Part shown: piece after piece, positions 49,637 through 58,409 of the stretch
Layout: every line of letters begins with the position of its first letter
Numbering within the stretch: the first letter of the stretch is position 1
Source of the DNA: Alphaproteobacteria bacterium
GTDB taxonomy: Bacteria; Pseudomonadota; Alphaproteobacteria; CADEGL01
Direction of reading: 5' to 3'
Assembly: GCA_046349515.1 (NCBI GenBank)
Contig: JAXMCE010000012.1
Span: 13,662 to 77,661, forward strand
DNA: 64,000 nucleotides
The notes under the pieces: model-generated
The model's input: only the letters and a program-made list of their open reading frames with translations
What the model was told of the DNA's origin: nothing
The model's database searches: none
Made by a program: the position numbers and the translations under genes

Positions 49637-50839
49637 CTATTTCTCGAACAGCTTGCGGGGAATCGAATTGAGCACCTCGCAGCCGGTCCGTGTCACGCGG
49701 ATCGAGTTCGATGTGACGATTCCCATCTCGCCGGGGAAAAGGCAGCCAGGCACGAGGTGGAACGTCATGTTCTCCTGGAGCGCCCGCTTCTCGCCGCGAC
49801 GGATGCTGATGATCTGACCCTCGCCCCAGTCGGGCGGATAGTTGACGCCGATCGAATAGCCGATGCGGTGGACGTGGTTTTCGCCGAAGCCGTTCTTGAC
49901 GAAGACGTTGTGTCCGATCTCGTTGACCTTCTCCGCGGGAACGCCGGGCTTGATCGCGGCAAGCACCGCTTCGAGCGACTCGACGGTCGTGTCGAACAGC
50001 TTGCGGACCTTCGGCTTGACCTTGCCCACGGTCGCCGTGCGGAACACGGCGCCGCAATAGCGATATTTCGACGCCGCGATCTCGAAGATGCAGTGATCGT
50101 TCGCCGCCATCTTCCTGCCGCGCCAGGTCGCATGGCACGCGCCCGAGCGCCGGCCGGAGACGATGAAGTTGGGAAGGCCCGTGTATTCCGCGCCTTCGGC
50201 GCACCACACCTTGTGGAGCGCGCCGGCGATCTCGTCTTCGGTCACGCCCGGCTTCGTCGCCTTGATGCCCGCAAGACACGCCTTGTCCGCGATCGCGACT
50301 GCCTTCTTGATGATCTTGACCTCGGCCTCGGACTTGATCATGCGCGCTTCCTCGACGGTCGTCGTCGCGTCGAGGTAGGTCGCGCGCGGGAGCGCGCCCT
50401 TGATGGCTTCGTATTCGTTGACCGTGAAGAACCAGCCACCCCGCTCGATGCCGATGCGCTTGTCCGAAAGGCCGAGCCTCTCCATCGTGCGGATCGTGAC
50501 TTCGACCGGCACGTGGTGGTCTTCGACCGGTGCGGTTTCGGTCAGCCAGGAGAATTCTGGGACATTGGTGAGCTCGAGTTTGCGGCCGACGAGAATGGGC
50601 GGCTGCCCGCGCGCGACGATGAGGCAATGGTAGCCGTAATAGCCCGGCGTCTCGTATCCCGTCAGATAGGTGATGTTCTCCGGCCCGCGCACCAGGAGCG
50701 CATCGAGGCCCGCGCGCTTCATGTTGTCGAGGACGACGTCGTAGCGTCGCTTGTATTCCTCGAGCGTGAACGGCAGACGCGGGTGTTGCGTCATCTTGAG
50801 CGCATGCCCGCCGGCTGTCGTTTCCGATCTCACTGTCAT
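49637..50839 (-). CDS. M24 family hydrolase (creatinase-like, second copy)
   Basis: About 400 aa from MTVRSETT; creatinase_N-like domain (DALLVRGPENITYLTGY) plus pita-bread catalytic domain. Confidence 0.8.
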   Translation of the reverse strand: MTVRSETTAGGHALKMTQHPRLPFTLEEYKRRYDVVLDNMKRAGLDALLVRGPENITYLTGYETPGYYGYHCLIVARGQPPILVGRKLELTNVPEFSWLTETAPVEDHHVPVEVTIRTMERLGLSDKRIGIERGGWFFTVNEYEAIKGALPRATYLDATTTVEEARMIKSEAEVKIIKKAVAIADKACLAGIKATKPGVTEDEIAGALHKVWCAEGAEYTGLPNFIVSGRRSGACHATWRGRKMAANDHCIFEIAASKYRYCGAVFRTATVGKVKPKVRKLFDTTVESLEAVLAAIKPGVPAEKVNEIGHNVFVKNGFGENHVHRIGYSIGVNYPPDWGEGQIISIRRGEKRALQENMTFHLVPGCLFPGEMGIVTSNSIRVTRTGCEVLNSIPRKLFEK

Positions 50840-51102
50840 CGCCGTGTCTCCCCCTTGTGGCCCCTGCCTCGTCTGGCAGGGGTCGCCACGGACTCTAGCG
50901 AATCGGGAGCCATTATTCGACAGGGGCCGAGCGCTGTCCTGCGGCACGTCGCGGGCCGGCGGGGCCCGGGCGCCTGTGCGCCTCTCCGCGCTTCCGCCAT
51001 AACGGGGCCTCGCGTCTCTTGACCCTCGGCGGCGCTCCGCTCCATGCTCACGGCGGCTATCGAATGGGCGCATCGGCGATGCCGCGGCAACGGGGAGGAC
51101 CG

Positions 51103-52035
51103 GCCATGACGATTCAAGCGACGAAGCCAGTCGAGGCGGCAACCGACTTCGGCAGTGGTGCGGCCTACGTCAATGGCGAGTTCGTGCCCGTCGCGGATGC
51201 CACGATCTCGATACTCGATTTCGGCGTCACGCGCTCGGACTGCACCTACGACGTGGTGCATGTCTGGAAAGGGCGGTTCTTCCGGCTCGACCGCCATCTC
51301 GATCGGTTCCTTAGGAGCATCGAGAAACTGCGCATGACATTGCCCTTCGATCGCGCGGGCCTCGAGGACGTGCTCCACAAATGCGTGGCGCTGACCGGAC
51401 TCGAGGATTCCTATGTCAACATGACCTGCACCCGCGGGCGTCCTTTGCCCGGCAGCCGCGATCCGCGTTCAGCCAAGAACAACTTCTATTGCTTCGCCGT
51501 TCCCTTCGTCTGGCTCGCGACGCTCGAGGAGCAGCGTCGCGGCCTTTCGATGCACATCAGCAGCATTCCGCGCATCCCGCCCGATTCGATCGACCCCACC
51601 ATCAAGAACTACAATCGCCTCGACTTCCAGATGAGCCTCATCGAGGCCTGCGAAGCGGGGGCCGAGTTCGTCGTGCTCAGGGATTTCGAGGGCAACATCA
51701 CCGAAGGGCTCGGCTACAACGTCTTCGCGCTCCACGGCGGCAAGTGGACGACGCCGTCCAAAGGCGTGCTCGAGGGCATCACGCGCCAGACGGTCCTCGA
51801 CCTCTGCCGGGAGTTGAATGTGAGCGTCGAGACGGGCGTCCTGACGGAACGCGCGCTGCGCGGTGCGGATGAAATCCTCGTGACCTCGACCGCGGGCGGC
51901 ATCATGCCGGTCGTCAAACTCGACGGCAAGGCGATCGGGGACGGCGCACCGGGGCCGGTGACCACGCGCCTCCAGCAGCTTTACTGGGCGAAGCACGCGG
52001 ACCCGGCCTGGTCGACACCCGTCAGGCGCGGCTGA
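51103..52035 (+). CDS. class IV PLP-dependent aminotransferase (branched-chain/D-amino-acid aminotransferase family)
   Basis: GGAGGA RBS then ATG; fold-type IV motifs (catalytic Lys region TIKNYNRLD, EGxxxNVF, LVTSTAGGIMPV). Confidence 0.8.
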   Translation, partial: AMTIQATKPVEAATDFGSGAAYVNGEFVPVADATISILDFGVTRSDCTYDVVHVWKGRFFRLDRHLDRFLRSIEKLRMTLPFDRAGLEDVLHKCVALTGLEDSYVNMTCTRGRPLPGSRDPRSAKNNFYCFAVPFVWLATLEEQRRGLSMHISSIPRIPPDSIDPTIKNYNRLDFQMSLIEACEAGAEFVVLRDFEGNITEGLGYNVFALHGGKWTTPSKGVLEGITRQTVLDLCRELNVSVETGVLTERALRGADEILVTSTAGGIMPVVKLDGKAIGDGAPGPVTTRLQQLYWAKHADPAWSTPVRRG

Positions 52036-52093
52036 GCATCACCACCGCGCGACGGCCGGCCCGGCCGTGCTCTGATCCAACGCCCATCGTCGC

Positions 52094-53296
52094 TCAGCCG
52101 GGCGCGCGGTGCAGGCCGCGCGGCAGGTTCGTCATAGGCTCGCAGCCAGCCTTCGTGATGTGGATCGTTTCGCTGATGCCGACGCCGAATCGCCCGGGGC
52201 AGCGAAAGGCGAGCGGCAGGTGGAAGACCATGTCGGGCTCCAGCACGATCTCGCTGCCCTCGGCCAGGAATCCGATGACGTCCGCCCAGGTCGGCGGGAA
52301 GCCGATGCCGACATGGTAGCCATAGGCGCCGGGCAGGAAGAACTCATCCGACATGTGCTTGTGGGCGGCCTTCGCCGCCATCGCGACATCGTGCCCGGTG
52401 CGGCCGGGTCTTGCGGTCGCGATGACGGCATCGATCGTGGCGAGCACCGCGTCGGCCAAGGCCTCGACGCCTTTTTCCGGCTGCCCGGCAACGGCCGTCC
52501 GCATGAGTGCGGAGGTGTAGCGTTGGTGGCAGCCGCCATATTCGAGGAAGACGGGATCGCCGGGCGCGATCGTGAGGCGCCGGAAGGACTGGTGGGCGTA
52601 GCCCGTCCTGGCGCCGGACGTGACGATGGGTTGCACGGTCATGAACTCGCTGCCGGCCGCGATCATGGCGTCGTAGCCCGCGCGGACGACATCGTTGTCG
52701 GTCGTGCCGGCACGGATCACGGCAAGGGATGCGCGGACTCCGGCCTCCGTATAGGCCGCGGCTTTGCGCAAGCACGCCATCTCGCGTGGTGACTTCACGA
52801 AGCGCTGGCGCGCGACGAGCTCCGAGGCATCGGCGAATGTTGCCTTCGGCAAGGCCGCTTTGATCTGGTCGAGGATATTGGGGAGAAGGCCGGAGATCTG
52901 GGTCTGGATGCCGATCCGCTTCGCATCGAACCCCTTCTCCTTGACGATATCGCCGAGCTGCGCCCCGGCGCTTGCCTGGCCTACCCAAGGCGCGCAACGA
53001 AGGTCGCGAACCCAGCTGGCCGCGGTGCCCGCCGGGATCTCGATGGCGGTGACCTGGAGGACGGGATCGCCCTCCCGTGGCAAGACGAAGCACGCATGGT
53101 TGCCGACACCGAAGGTCGAGTAGCCGGTGAGGTAGCAGAGATCGGGCCGGTGCGTGACGAGGAGAACGTCGAGCCCGGCGGCGTCCATCGCCCGCCGCGC
53201 GGCCTTGATGCGTTGGTCGAATTCCTCGACGGGAAACGCCAATTCCTTTCCCGCCATCGAAGCCTGCAATGCCTTCGCATATTCGGTCGGATTCAC
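52094..53296 (-). CDS. M24 family hydrolase (creatinase-like, third copy)
   Basis: 400 aa; DVLLVTHRPDLCYLTGY N-domain, pita-bread C-domain. Confidence 0.8.
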   Translation of the reverse strand: MNPTEYAKALQASMAGKELAFPVEEFDQRIKAARRAMDAAGLDVLLVTHRPDLCYLTGYSTFGVGNHACFVLPREGDPVLQVTAIEIPAGTAASWVRDLRCAPWVGQASAGAQLGDIVKEKGFDAKRIGIQTQISGLLPNILDQIKAALPKATFADASELVARQRFVKSPREMACLRKAAAYTEAGVRASLAVIRAGTTDNDVVRAGYDAMIAAGSEFMTVQPIVTSGARTGYAHQSFRRLTIAPGDPVFLEYGGCHQRYTSALMRTAVAGQPEKGVEALADAVLATIDAVIATARPGRTGHDVAMAAKAAHKHMSDEFFLPGAYGYHVGIGFPPTWADVIGFLAEGSEIVLEPDMVFHLPLAFRCPGRFGVGISETIHITKAGCEPMTNLPRGLHRAPG

Positions 53297-53326
53297 GGCT
53301 GCTTCCCCTTCCTGTGATTGATGCGA

Positions 53327-54304
53327 TCAGAGACCTTCGAAGAGCGCCGTCGTGATGTAGCGCTCGGCGAAGGACGGGATGATCGTGACGATGAGTTTTC
53401 CCTTCATCTCGGGCCGGCGGGCGACTTTGAGTGTGGCGGCCAAGGCGGCGCCGGACGAGATGCCGCCGGGGATGCCTTCGAGGCGCGCCAAGAGACGCGC
53501 CCTCTCGTAGGCCTCTTCGTTCGTGACTTGGACGATCTCGTCGATCGCCTTGGTGTTGAGAATCTCGGGAACGAAGCCGGCGCCGATCCCTTGGATCGGA
53601 TGCGGGCTCGGCTGGCCGCCCGAGAGCACGGGGCTTGCCGCGGGCTCGACCGCGATCATCCTCAGCGTGGGCCGGCGGGGCTTCAGGGCTTCGGCACAGC
53701 CCGTGAGCGTCCCGCCCGTGCCGATCCCGGAGACGATCGCATCGACCCCTCCCGCGGTGTCGAACCAGATCTCTTCGGCCGTCGTCCGGCGATGGATCGC
53801 GGGGTTGGCGGGGTTGCCGAACTGGTTGGGAATGACGGCGCCTGGGATCGAGGCCTTGAGCTCCTCGGCCCGCGCGACGGCGCCCTTCATGCCCTTCTCG
53901 CGTGGCGTCAGGTCGATCTCGGCTCCGAGATAGCGGAGCATCTTCTGCCGTTCGAGCGAGACCGATTCGGGCATTGTCAGGATGAGGCGGTAGCCGCGCG
54001 CCGCGCACATGAAGGCAAGGCCGATGCCGGTGTTGCCCGATGTCGGCTCGATGATCGTCGTCGTGGCCGTGATTTGGCCTGCGGCCTCCATGGCCTCGAT
54101 CATGTTCACGCCGATGCGGTCTTTGACGCTGCCGATTGGGTTGAAGAATTCGAGTTTGAGGCAGATGTCGGCCTCGATTCCTTCCTTCGCGCGAATACGC
54201 GGGATACGGACGAGCGGCGTGTTACCGATCGTCTCGGCGATGCTGTCATAGATGCGCCCGCGCAAGGGTCGGTCGAGCCTGAGCGCGCTCGAGGTTGGGT
54301 TCAT
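53327..54304 (-). CDS. cysteine synthase / PLP-dependent beta-replacement enzyme (CysK/CysM family)
   Basis: Start at MNPTSSAL; catalytic Lys in [31 protein letters not shown] glycine loop. Confidence 0.85.
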   Translation of the reverse strand: MNPTSSALRLDRPLRGRIYDSIAETIGNTPLVRIPRIRAKEGIEADICLKLEFFNPIGSVKDRIGVNMIEAMEAAGQITATTTIIEPTSGNTGIGLAFMCAARGYRLILTMPESVSLERQKMLRYLGAEIDLTPREKGMKGAVARAEELKASIPGAVIPNQFGNPANPAIHRRTTAEEIWFDTAGGVDAIVSGIGTGGTLTGCAEALKPRRPTLRMIAVEPAASPVLSGGQPSPHPIQGIGAGFVPEILNTKAIDEIVQVTNEEAYERARLLARLEGIPGGISSGAALAATLKVARRPEMKGKLIVTIIPSFAERYITTALFEGL

Positions 54305-54455
54305 GGTTGTCTCCCTCATTCCCGTCGCCAACGAACTCACCCACTACCGCCACTCGCAAGGCGGCCGCAAGAGGCGGCTCGGCAACGGGACCGGAAGGTA
54401 TGGAGTCTCTCGCCTGGGAGTGAGAAGATTGGTGCTTCTGGGGACGGGGGCAGCG

Positions 54456-55214
54456 ATGGGTTACCTCGACGGGCGGGTGGCGATGATCACGGGCTCGGGC
54501 AGCGGCATCGGGCGCGCCACTGCGATCATCATGGCCGAGCGCGGCGCCAATCTCATCATCCATGACATCAACGAGAAGGGGGCCAACGAGACGGCCGAGA
54601 GCGTCCGCAAGCAGGGCCGCGAGGCACGCGTCTTCGTGGCCGACGTGTCCGATGTCGCCGCCATGCGCCGTGTCGTGAAGGATGCCGAGGCGCATTTCGG
54701 CCACATCGACATCCTGGTCAACAACGCCGGCATTGCGGGCGATCGCCGGCCGCTCGAAGAGCTGAGTGAGGAGTTCTTCGACCGCGAGATCGGCATTCAC
54801 GTAAGAGGCTCGATGTTCACAACGCAGGCGGTCGTCCCCGGCATGAAGAAGCGACGCTATGGCAAGATCGTGAACATCTCCTCGATCAATGGCACCGTCG
54901 CCGATCCCAACTTTTCTGCCTACAACGCGGCCAAAGGTGCGCTTCTGGCCATGGCCAAGGGCTGGGCCAAGGAGTTCGCCCCTTGGAACATCTGCGTCAA
55001 TATCATCGCGCCGGGCGAAATACTGACGCCCATGCCGCTGGCCAAGGATACGCCGGAACAAATCGCCGAGAAGGCCAAGCTGATCCCCTTCAAGCGCTAC
55101 GGCCAGCCGGAGGAAATCGGCTATGCCATCACGTTCCTTTGCTCGCCCGAGGCGGATTTCATCACGGGCCAGGTGATCAGCCCCAATGGCGGGGCTGTCA
55201 TCGTCGGCATTTGA
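54456..55214 (+). CDS. SDR family oxidoreductase
   Basis: Start at MGYLDGRV; MITGSGSGIGRA, NNAGIAGD, YNAAKGA. Confidence 0.8.
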   Translation: MGYLDGRVAMITGSGSGIGRATAIIMAERGANLIIHDINEKGANETAESVRKQGREARVFVADVSDVAAMRRVVKDAEAHFGHIDILVNNAGIAGDRRPLEELSEEFFDREIGIHVRGSMFTTQAVVPGMKKRRYGKIVNISSINGTVADPNFSAYNAAKGALLAMAKGWAKEFAPWNICVNIIAPGEILTPMPLAKDTPEQIAEKAKLIPFKRYGQPEEIGYAITFLCSPEADFITGQVISPNGGAVIVGI

Positions 55215-55236
55215 CGGGGCCAGGAGGAGGAGTGCC

Positions 55237-56292
55237 ATGAAGTTCGGCTTGTTCCATCTGACGCAGAAGCGCGACCCGGCCCTCACTCCAAAGCAGGTCT
55301 ATCAGGACCTTCTCGACCGCGTGCGGTTGGCCGAGGACATCGGGATGGAACATTCCTGGGTCGCCGAGCACCACTTCACGGACTACTGCCTCGCGCCCTC
55401 GCCGCTGACTGCGATCGCCTGGCTGGTGGGCCAGACCAAGCGTATGAAATTCGCACCCGGCATTCTCGTCCTGCCGCTCTACGACCCGGTGCGGCTTGCC
55501 CAGGAAATCGCCATGGTCGATCTCATGGCCGACGGGCGGCTCGAACTGGGTATCGGTTTCGGCTATCAGGAGTACGAGTTCCAAGGCTTCCGCGTGCCGC
55601 TCAAAGACGCGGCGGCACGAGCGCTCGAAGTGCTCGACGTCGTCGAGGGCGCGCTCGCCAACGGCCGGTTCGCTTACAACGGCGCCTTCTACACGATCAA
55701 CGACACGGTCATGGCCGTCCGGCCGACGAAGCCGCGCCTTCCCACCTATCTCGCCGGCGCTACCCGGCATCCGATCTTCCCGCGCCGTGCGGTCAAGAAC
55801 GGCTACATCCCCTTCGTCTACAATGGCTGGAGCCCCTTCGACCTGATCGTGTCGATGCGCGAGAACTACGACGCGATCGCCAAGGAGGAAGGGGTCGATC
55901 CCTTGAGCATTCCGATGGCGATCGAGCGGTTCGTGTACGTCACGGACTCGAAGGCCGACGCGCTGTGGGCAGCGGAAAATTTCCGCTACACGGCGCGGGC
56001 CGCGCGCTCGCTGCGTTTCAACTATGTCGAGCTCGACGGGACCACGATCAAGGACCTGCCCGCACAGGATGACCCGCCGCTCGAGGACATCATCAAGAAC
56101 GGGATCATCGGCGATGCCGAGACCTGTGCCGCCAAGATCGTCGATGAGATGAAGCGCGCCCGTCTCAGCCACTATGGCTGCCTCATCGGCGTGGGGGCCA
56201 TGGACCAGGCCAAGGTCATGCGCTCGCTCGAACGCATCGGAGCCGAGGTCATGCCGCTCGTCCGCCGGGCGGCAAGCGCCAAGGCAGCGTAA
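55237..56292 (+). CDS. LLM-class flavin-dependent oxidoreductase (second copy)
   Basis: Start at MKFGLFH; WVAEHHF, LELGIGFG, C-terminal region typical of luciferase-like monooxygenases. Confidence 0.8.
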   Translation: MKFGLFHLTQKRDPALTPKQVYQDLLDRVRLAEDIGMEHSWVAEHHFTDYCLAPSPLTAIAWLVGQTKRMKFAPGILVLPLYDPVRLAQEIAMVDLMADGRLELGIGFGYQEYEFQGFRVPLKDAAARALEVLDVVEGALANGRFAYNGAFYTINDTVMAVRPTKPRLPTYLAGATRHPIFPRRAVKNGYIPFVYNGWSPFDLIVSMRENYDAIAKEEGVDPLSIPMAIERFVYVTDSKADALWAAENFRYTARAARSLRFNYVELDGTTIKDLPAQDDPPLEDIIKNGIIGDAETCAAKIVDEMKRARLSHYGCLIGVGAMDQAKVMRSLERIGAEVMPLVRRAASAKAA

Positions 56293-56479
56293 GAGAGCCT
56301 CCGGCCCGAAGGCCCGCGGCGCGTCTCTCTCCCGCTTCGGACGACGCTTCGCCCCATCGTTGGATCCTGCGGCGGCGTGCCACCGGCGCGCGCATGGCCG
56401 CGTCGCGCACCCGGCAAGCCGCGGGACCCGACACGTCTACCCGACACATCTATATGTCACGCGGCGGATCGCGACGCGT

Positions 56480-56832
56480 ATTCACCAATGTTAAAGGTTA
56501 TGGTTAACAGATGATTAATATTAACCAAAGATCGTCTTGGATATTCTCAAATATTAACCATGAGTATTAAGCAAGATTGACGTAAATGCTGAAAAACATT
56601 GGTATTTTTACTTGTTTTGTCTTGACAATTACTAACTCCTTCGGCATAGTCCGAACGTAGAGCGCGATAGCCAAAAGTAATGCTTCGCGCGGATCGCCTG
56701 GACACGTGTCGGCTCACCGACCAGCCACAACCGGGCGGAGAAGAAAGGGGAAAAGGGCCGCAAGAGCCGATACCCCTCGACGAACAACCCCGATCTCCGG
56801 GGCGACAACGTGGCAATTGAGGAGCAGAAGAC
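56480..56832. promoter_or_regulatory. AT-rich regulatory island upstream of the flp pilin gene with palindromes and CtrA-box-like TTAA-N7-TTAA element
   Basis: GC content drops sharply relative to the flanks. Inverted repeat GGTTAA-N13-TTAACC (56502-56526) contains perfect palindrome TTAATATTAA (56515-56524) and TTAA-N7-TTAA(T) at 56504-56519. ATATTAACC repeated at 56517-56526 and 56551-56559. TTGACA (56622-56627)-N17-CATAGT sigma70-like promoter. Confidence 0.4.
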
Positions 56833-57072
56833 ATGATTGGGAGTAAAGTCTTTGGTCTGTTTCGGACCTCGAAGCGTGCACTCAAGGACAAGAGCGGCGC
56901 GACGGCCGTCGAATACGGTCTCATGGTTGCCTTGATCGCGGTCGTGATTGTGGGCGCCGTATCGACCATCGGTACTCAGCTCAACACCTTGTTCACGAGT
57001 GTCGGCAACTGCTTGACCGACGTGACCAGCTGCGGCTCGGCCGGCGCCGGCGGCGGCGGCACGACCCCGTAA
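56833..57072 (+). CDS. flp: Flp/Fap-family type IVb pilin precursor
   Basis: Leader ending ...KDKSG followed by ATAVEYGLMVALIAVVIVGAV (the Flp G/xxxxEY processing motif and hydrophobic helix). 79 aa including an unusual C-terminal Cys-x7-Cys and Gly-rich tail. Confidence 0.8.
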   Translation: MIGSKVFGLFRTSKRALKDKSGATAVEYGLMVALIAVVIVGAVSTIGTQLNTLFTSVGNCLTDVTSCGSAGAGGGGTTP

Positions 57073-57374
57073 GCGGCGTTCCGCGGCGCGCATCGGGGCG
57101 GCGGATGGAGGCAGCCGAACACGGCGTCTCCCTCTCGCCTCCCTGGCGGCGCGGATGTAGTGGGGCAGCAATGCGCGTCCGGTGGGACGCGCCGGCGGCT
57201 GGGGGCAGCCGCCATGCTGCATCTTGGGATACTGGCCGAACGCTGCCGGCTTGGGGGTAGGCTGATTTCGGAGAATCGAGCGCAGTCCGCGATGAGGGTC
57301 TTCCATCTCTTTCCCGCGGCCTCTTGCTCACTTCGAACGCAGAACCGGCGGTGTCTCGGCAGAGGGCTGAGACG

Positions 57375-58235
57375 ATGATGAAAAACCGCGCGTTCCTCAT
57401 GCTCATCCTGGGCGTGGTTCTGGCTGGATTCACGGTCATCCTCGTCAAGAACTGGGTCGACAACCGTACCCAGGCCGCCATGAAGTCCAGTCAAGGCATG
57501 GAGCTTACGACCATCGTCGTGGCGACGAAGTCGCTCGACTTTGGCGACAAGCTCAGCCGCGACGTGATGCGCGAAGTGCCTTGGCCGGCAGCCAATCTTC
57601 CGGCAGGCGGATTCAAGTCGATCGATGAAGTGCTGAACGGTACGGGTGATCGGCTGGCGCAGCACCGCATCGAGGTAGGCGAGCCCATTCTTCAGGCGAA
57701 GATCACGGGATTTGGCGACCGGCCGATCTTGTCCTCGAGAATCAGCGAGGACATGCGTGCTCTCTCCGTACGGATGAACGACGTCTACGGCGTCGCGGGT
57801 TTCGTCATGCCGGGTGATCGCGTCGACATCTTGTTGACCCGAGAACTCGAGCCGGATGCGAAGGGCAAGCGGGATCTCGCGACCGACATCCTTCTCCAAA
57901 GCGTCAAGGTTCTCGGCATCGACCAGGATGCGGCGGAAACCAACGACAAGCCGCGCATCGCCAAGGCGGTGACTGTCGAAGTAACGGCCGAACAGGCCCA
58001 GAAGCTCACCCTGGCCATGCAGGTCGGGACCCTGTCGCTCGCGCTTCGCAATCACACGAACATCGAAGAGACGCGCTCGACGCGCGTGACTTGGTCGGAT
58101 CTCGATGTCGCGAATCATCCCAAACATGCTGCTCCCGCCCCCGTCCGTGCGGAACCGGTGGACAAGCGGCCAAGCGTGACGGTCATCCGCGGCTTGGAAT
58201 CCTCGACCCAAAAGGTTCCGAACGACCCGAGCTGA
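57375..58235 (+). CDS. cpaB: Flp pilus assembly protein CpaB/RcpC
   Basis: N-terminal TM anchor (MMKNRAFLMLILGVVLAGFTVIL), SAF/RcpC-like domain; position immediately after flp and before the secretin. Confidence 0.8.
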   Translation: MMKNRAFLMLILGVVLAGFTVILVKNWVDNRTQAAMKSSQGMELTTIVVATKSLDFGDKLSRDVMREVPWPAANLPAGGFKSIDEVLNGTGDRLAQHRIEVGEPILQAKITGFGDRPILSSRISEDMRALSVRMNDVYGVAGFVMPGDRVDILLTRELEPDAKGKRDLATDILLQSVKVLGIDQDAAETNDKPRIAKAVTVEVTAEQAQKLTLAMQVGTLSLALRNHTNIEETRSTRVTWSDLDVANHPKHAAPAPVRAEPVDKRPSVTVIRGLESSTQKVPNDPS

Positions 58236-58409
58236 GGTCCTCGCCAGGACCACGGCCGGCCGTGCGGTGCCCGCCGGGTGCCGACGCTAACGCACCGGAG
58301 AAGGTTGGAGCACGTGACCGTGACAGCGCCCATTTTCCCGACGATTGCAGGCCCTTGGCCCCCGGCTGGGTGGCGTTTGTCCGCGCGCCGCTGGGCCGGC
58401 ATCGCGTGC

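Noticed and set aside
48758-51022. 754-aa plus-strand ORF antisense to TauD and M24 genes
   Set aside because: Asp/Arg/Glu-rich low-complexity sequence. The genuine genes (TauD, M24) are on the minus strand with intact motifs.
52344-54008. 554-aa minus ORF in an alternative frame over the M24 and CysK-like genes
   Set aside because: Arg/Gly/His-rich, no domain signature. The CysK-like and M24 frames have clear motifs.
56290-56470. Possible rho-independent terminator after the LLM gene (GC-rich segments CCGGCCCGAAGGCCCGCGG / CCGCTTCGGACG)
   Set aside because: Stems are short and imperfect and no downstream T-tract is present, so this is not convincing as an intrinsic terminator.
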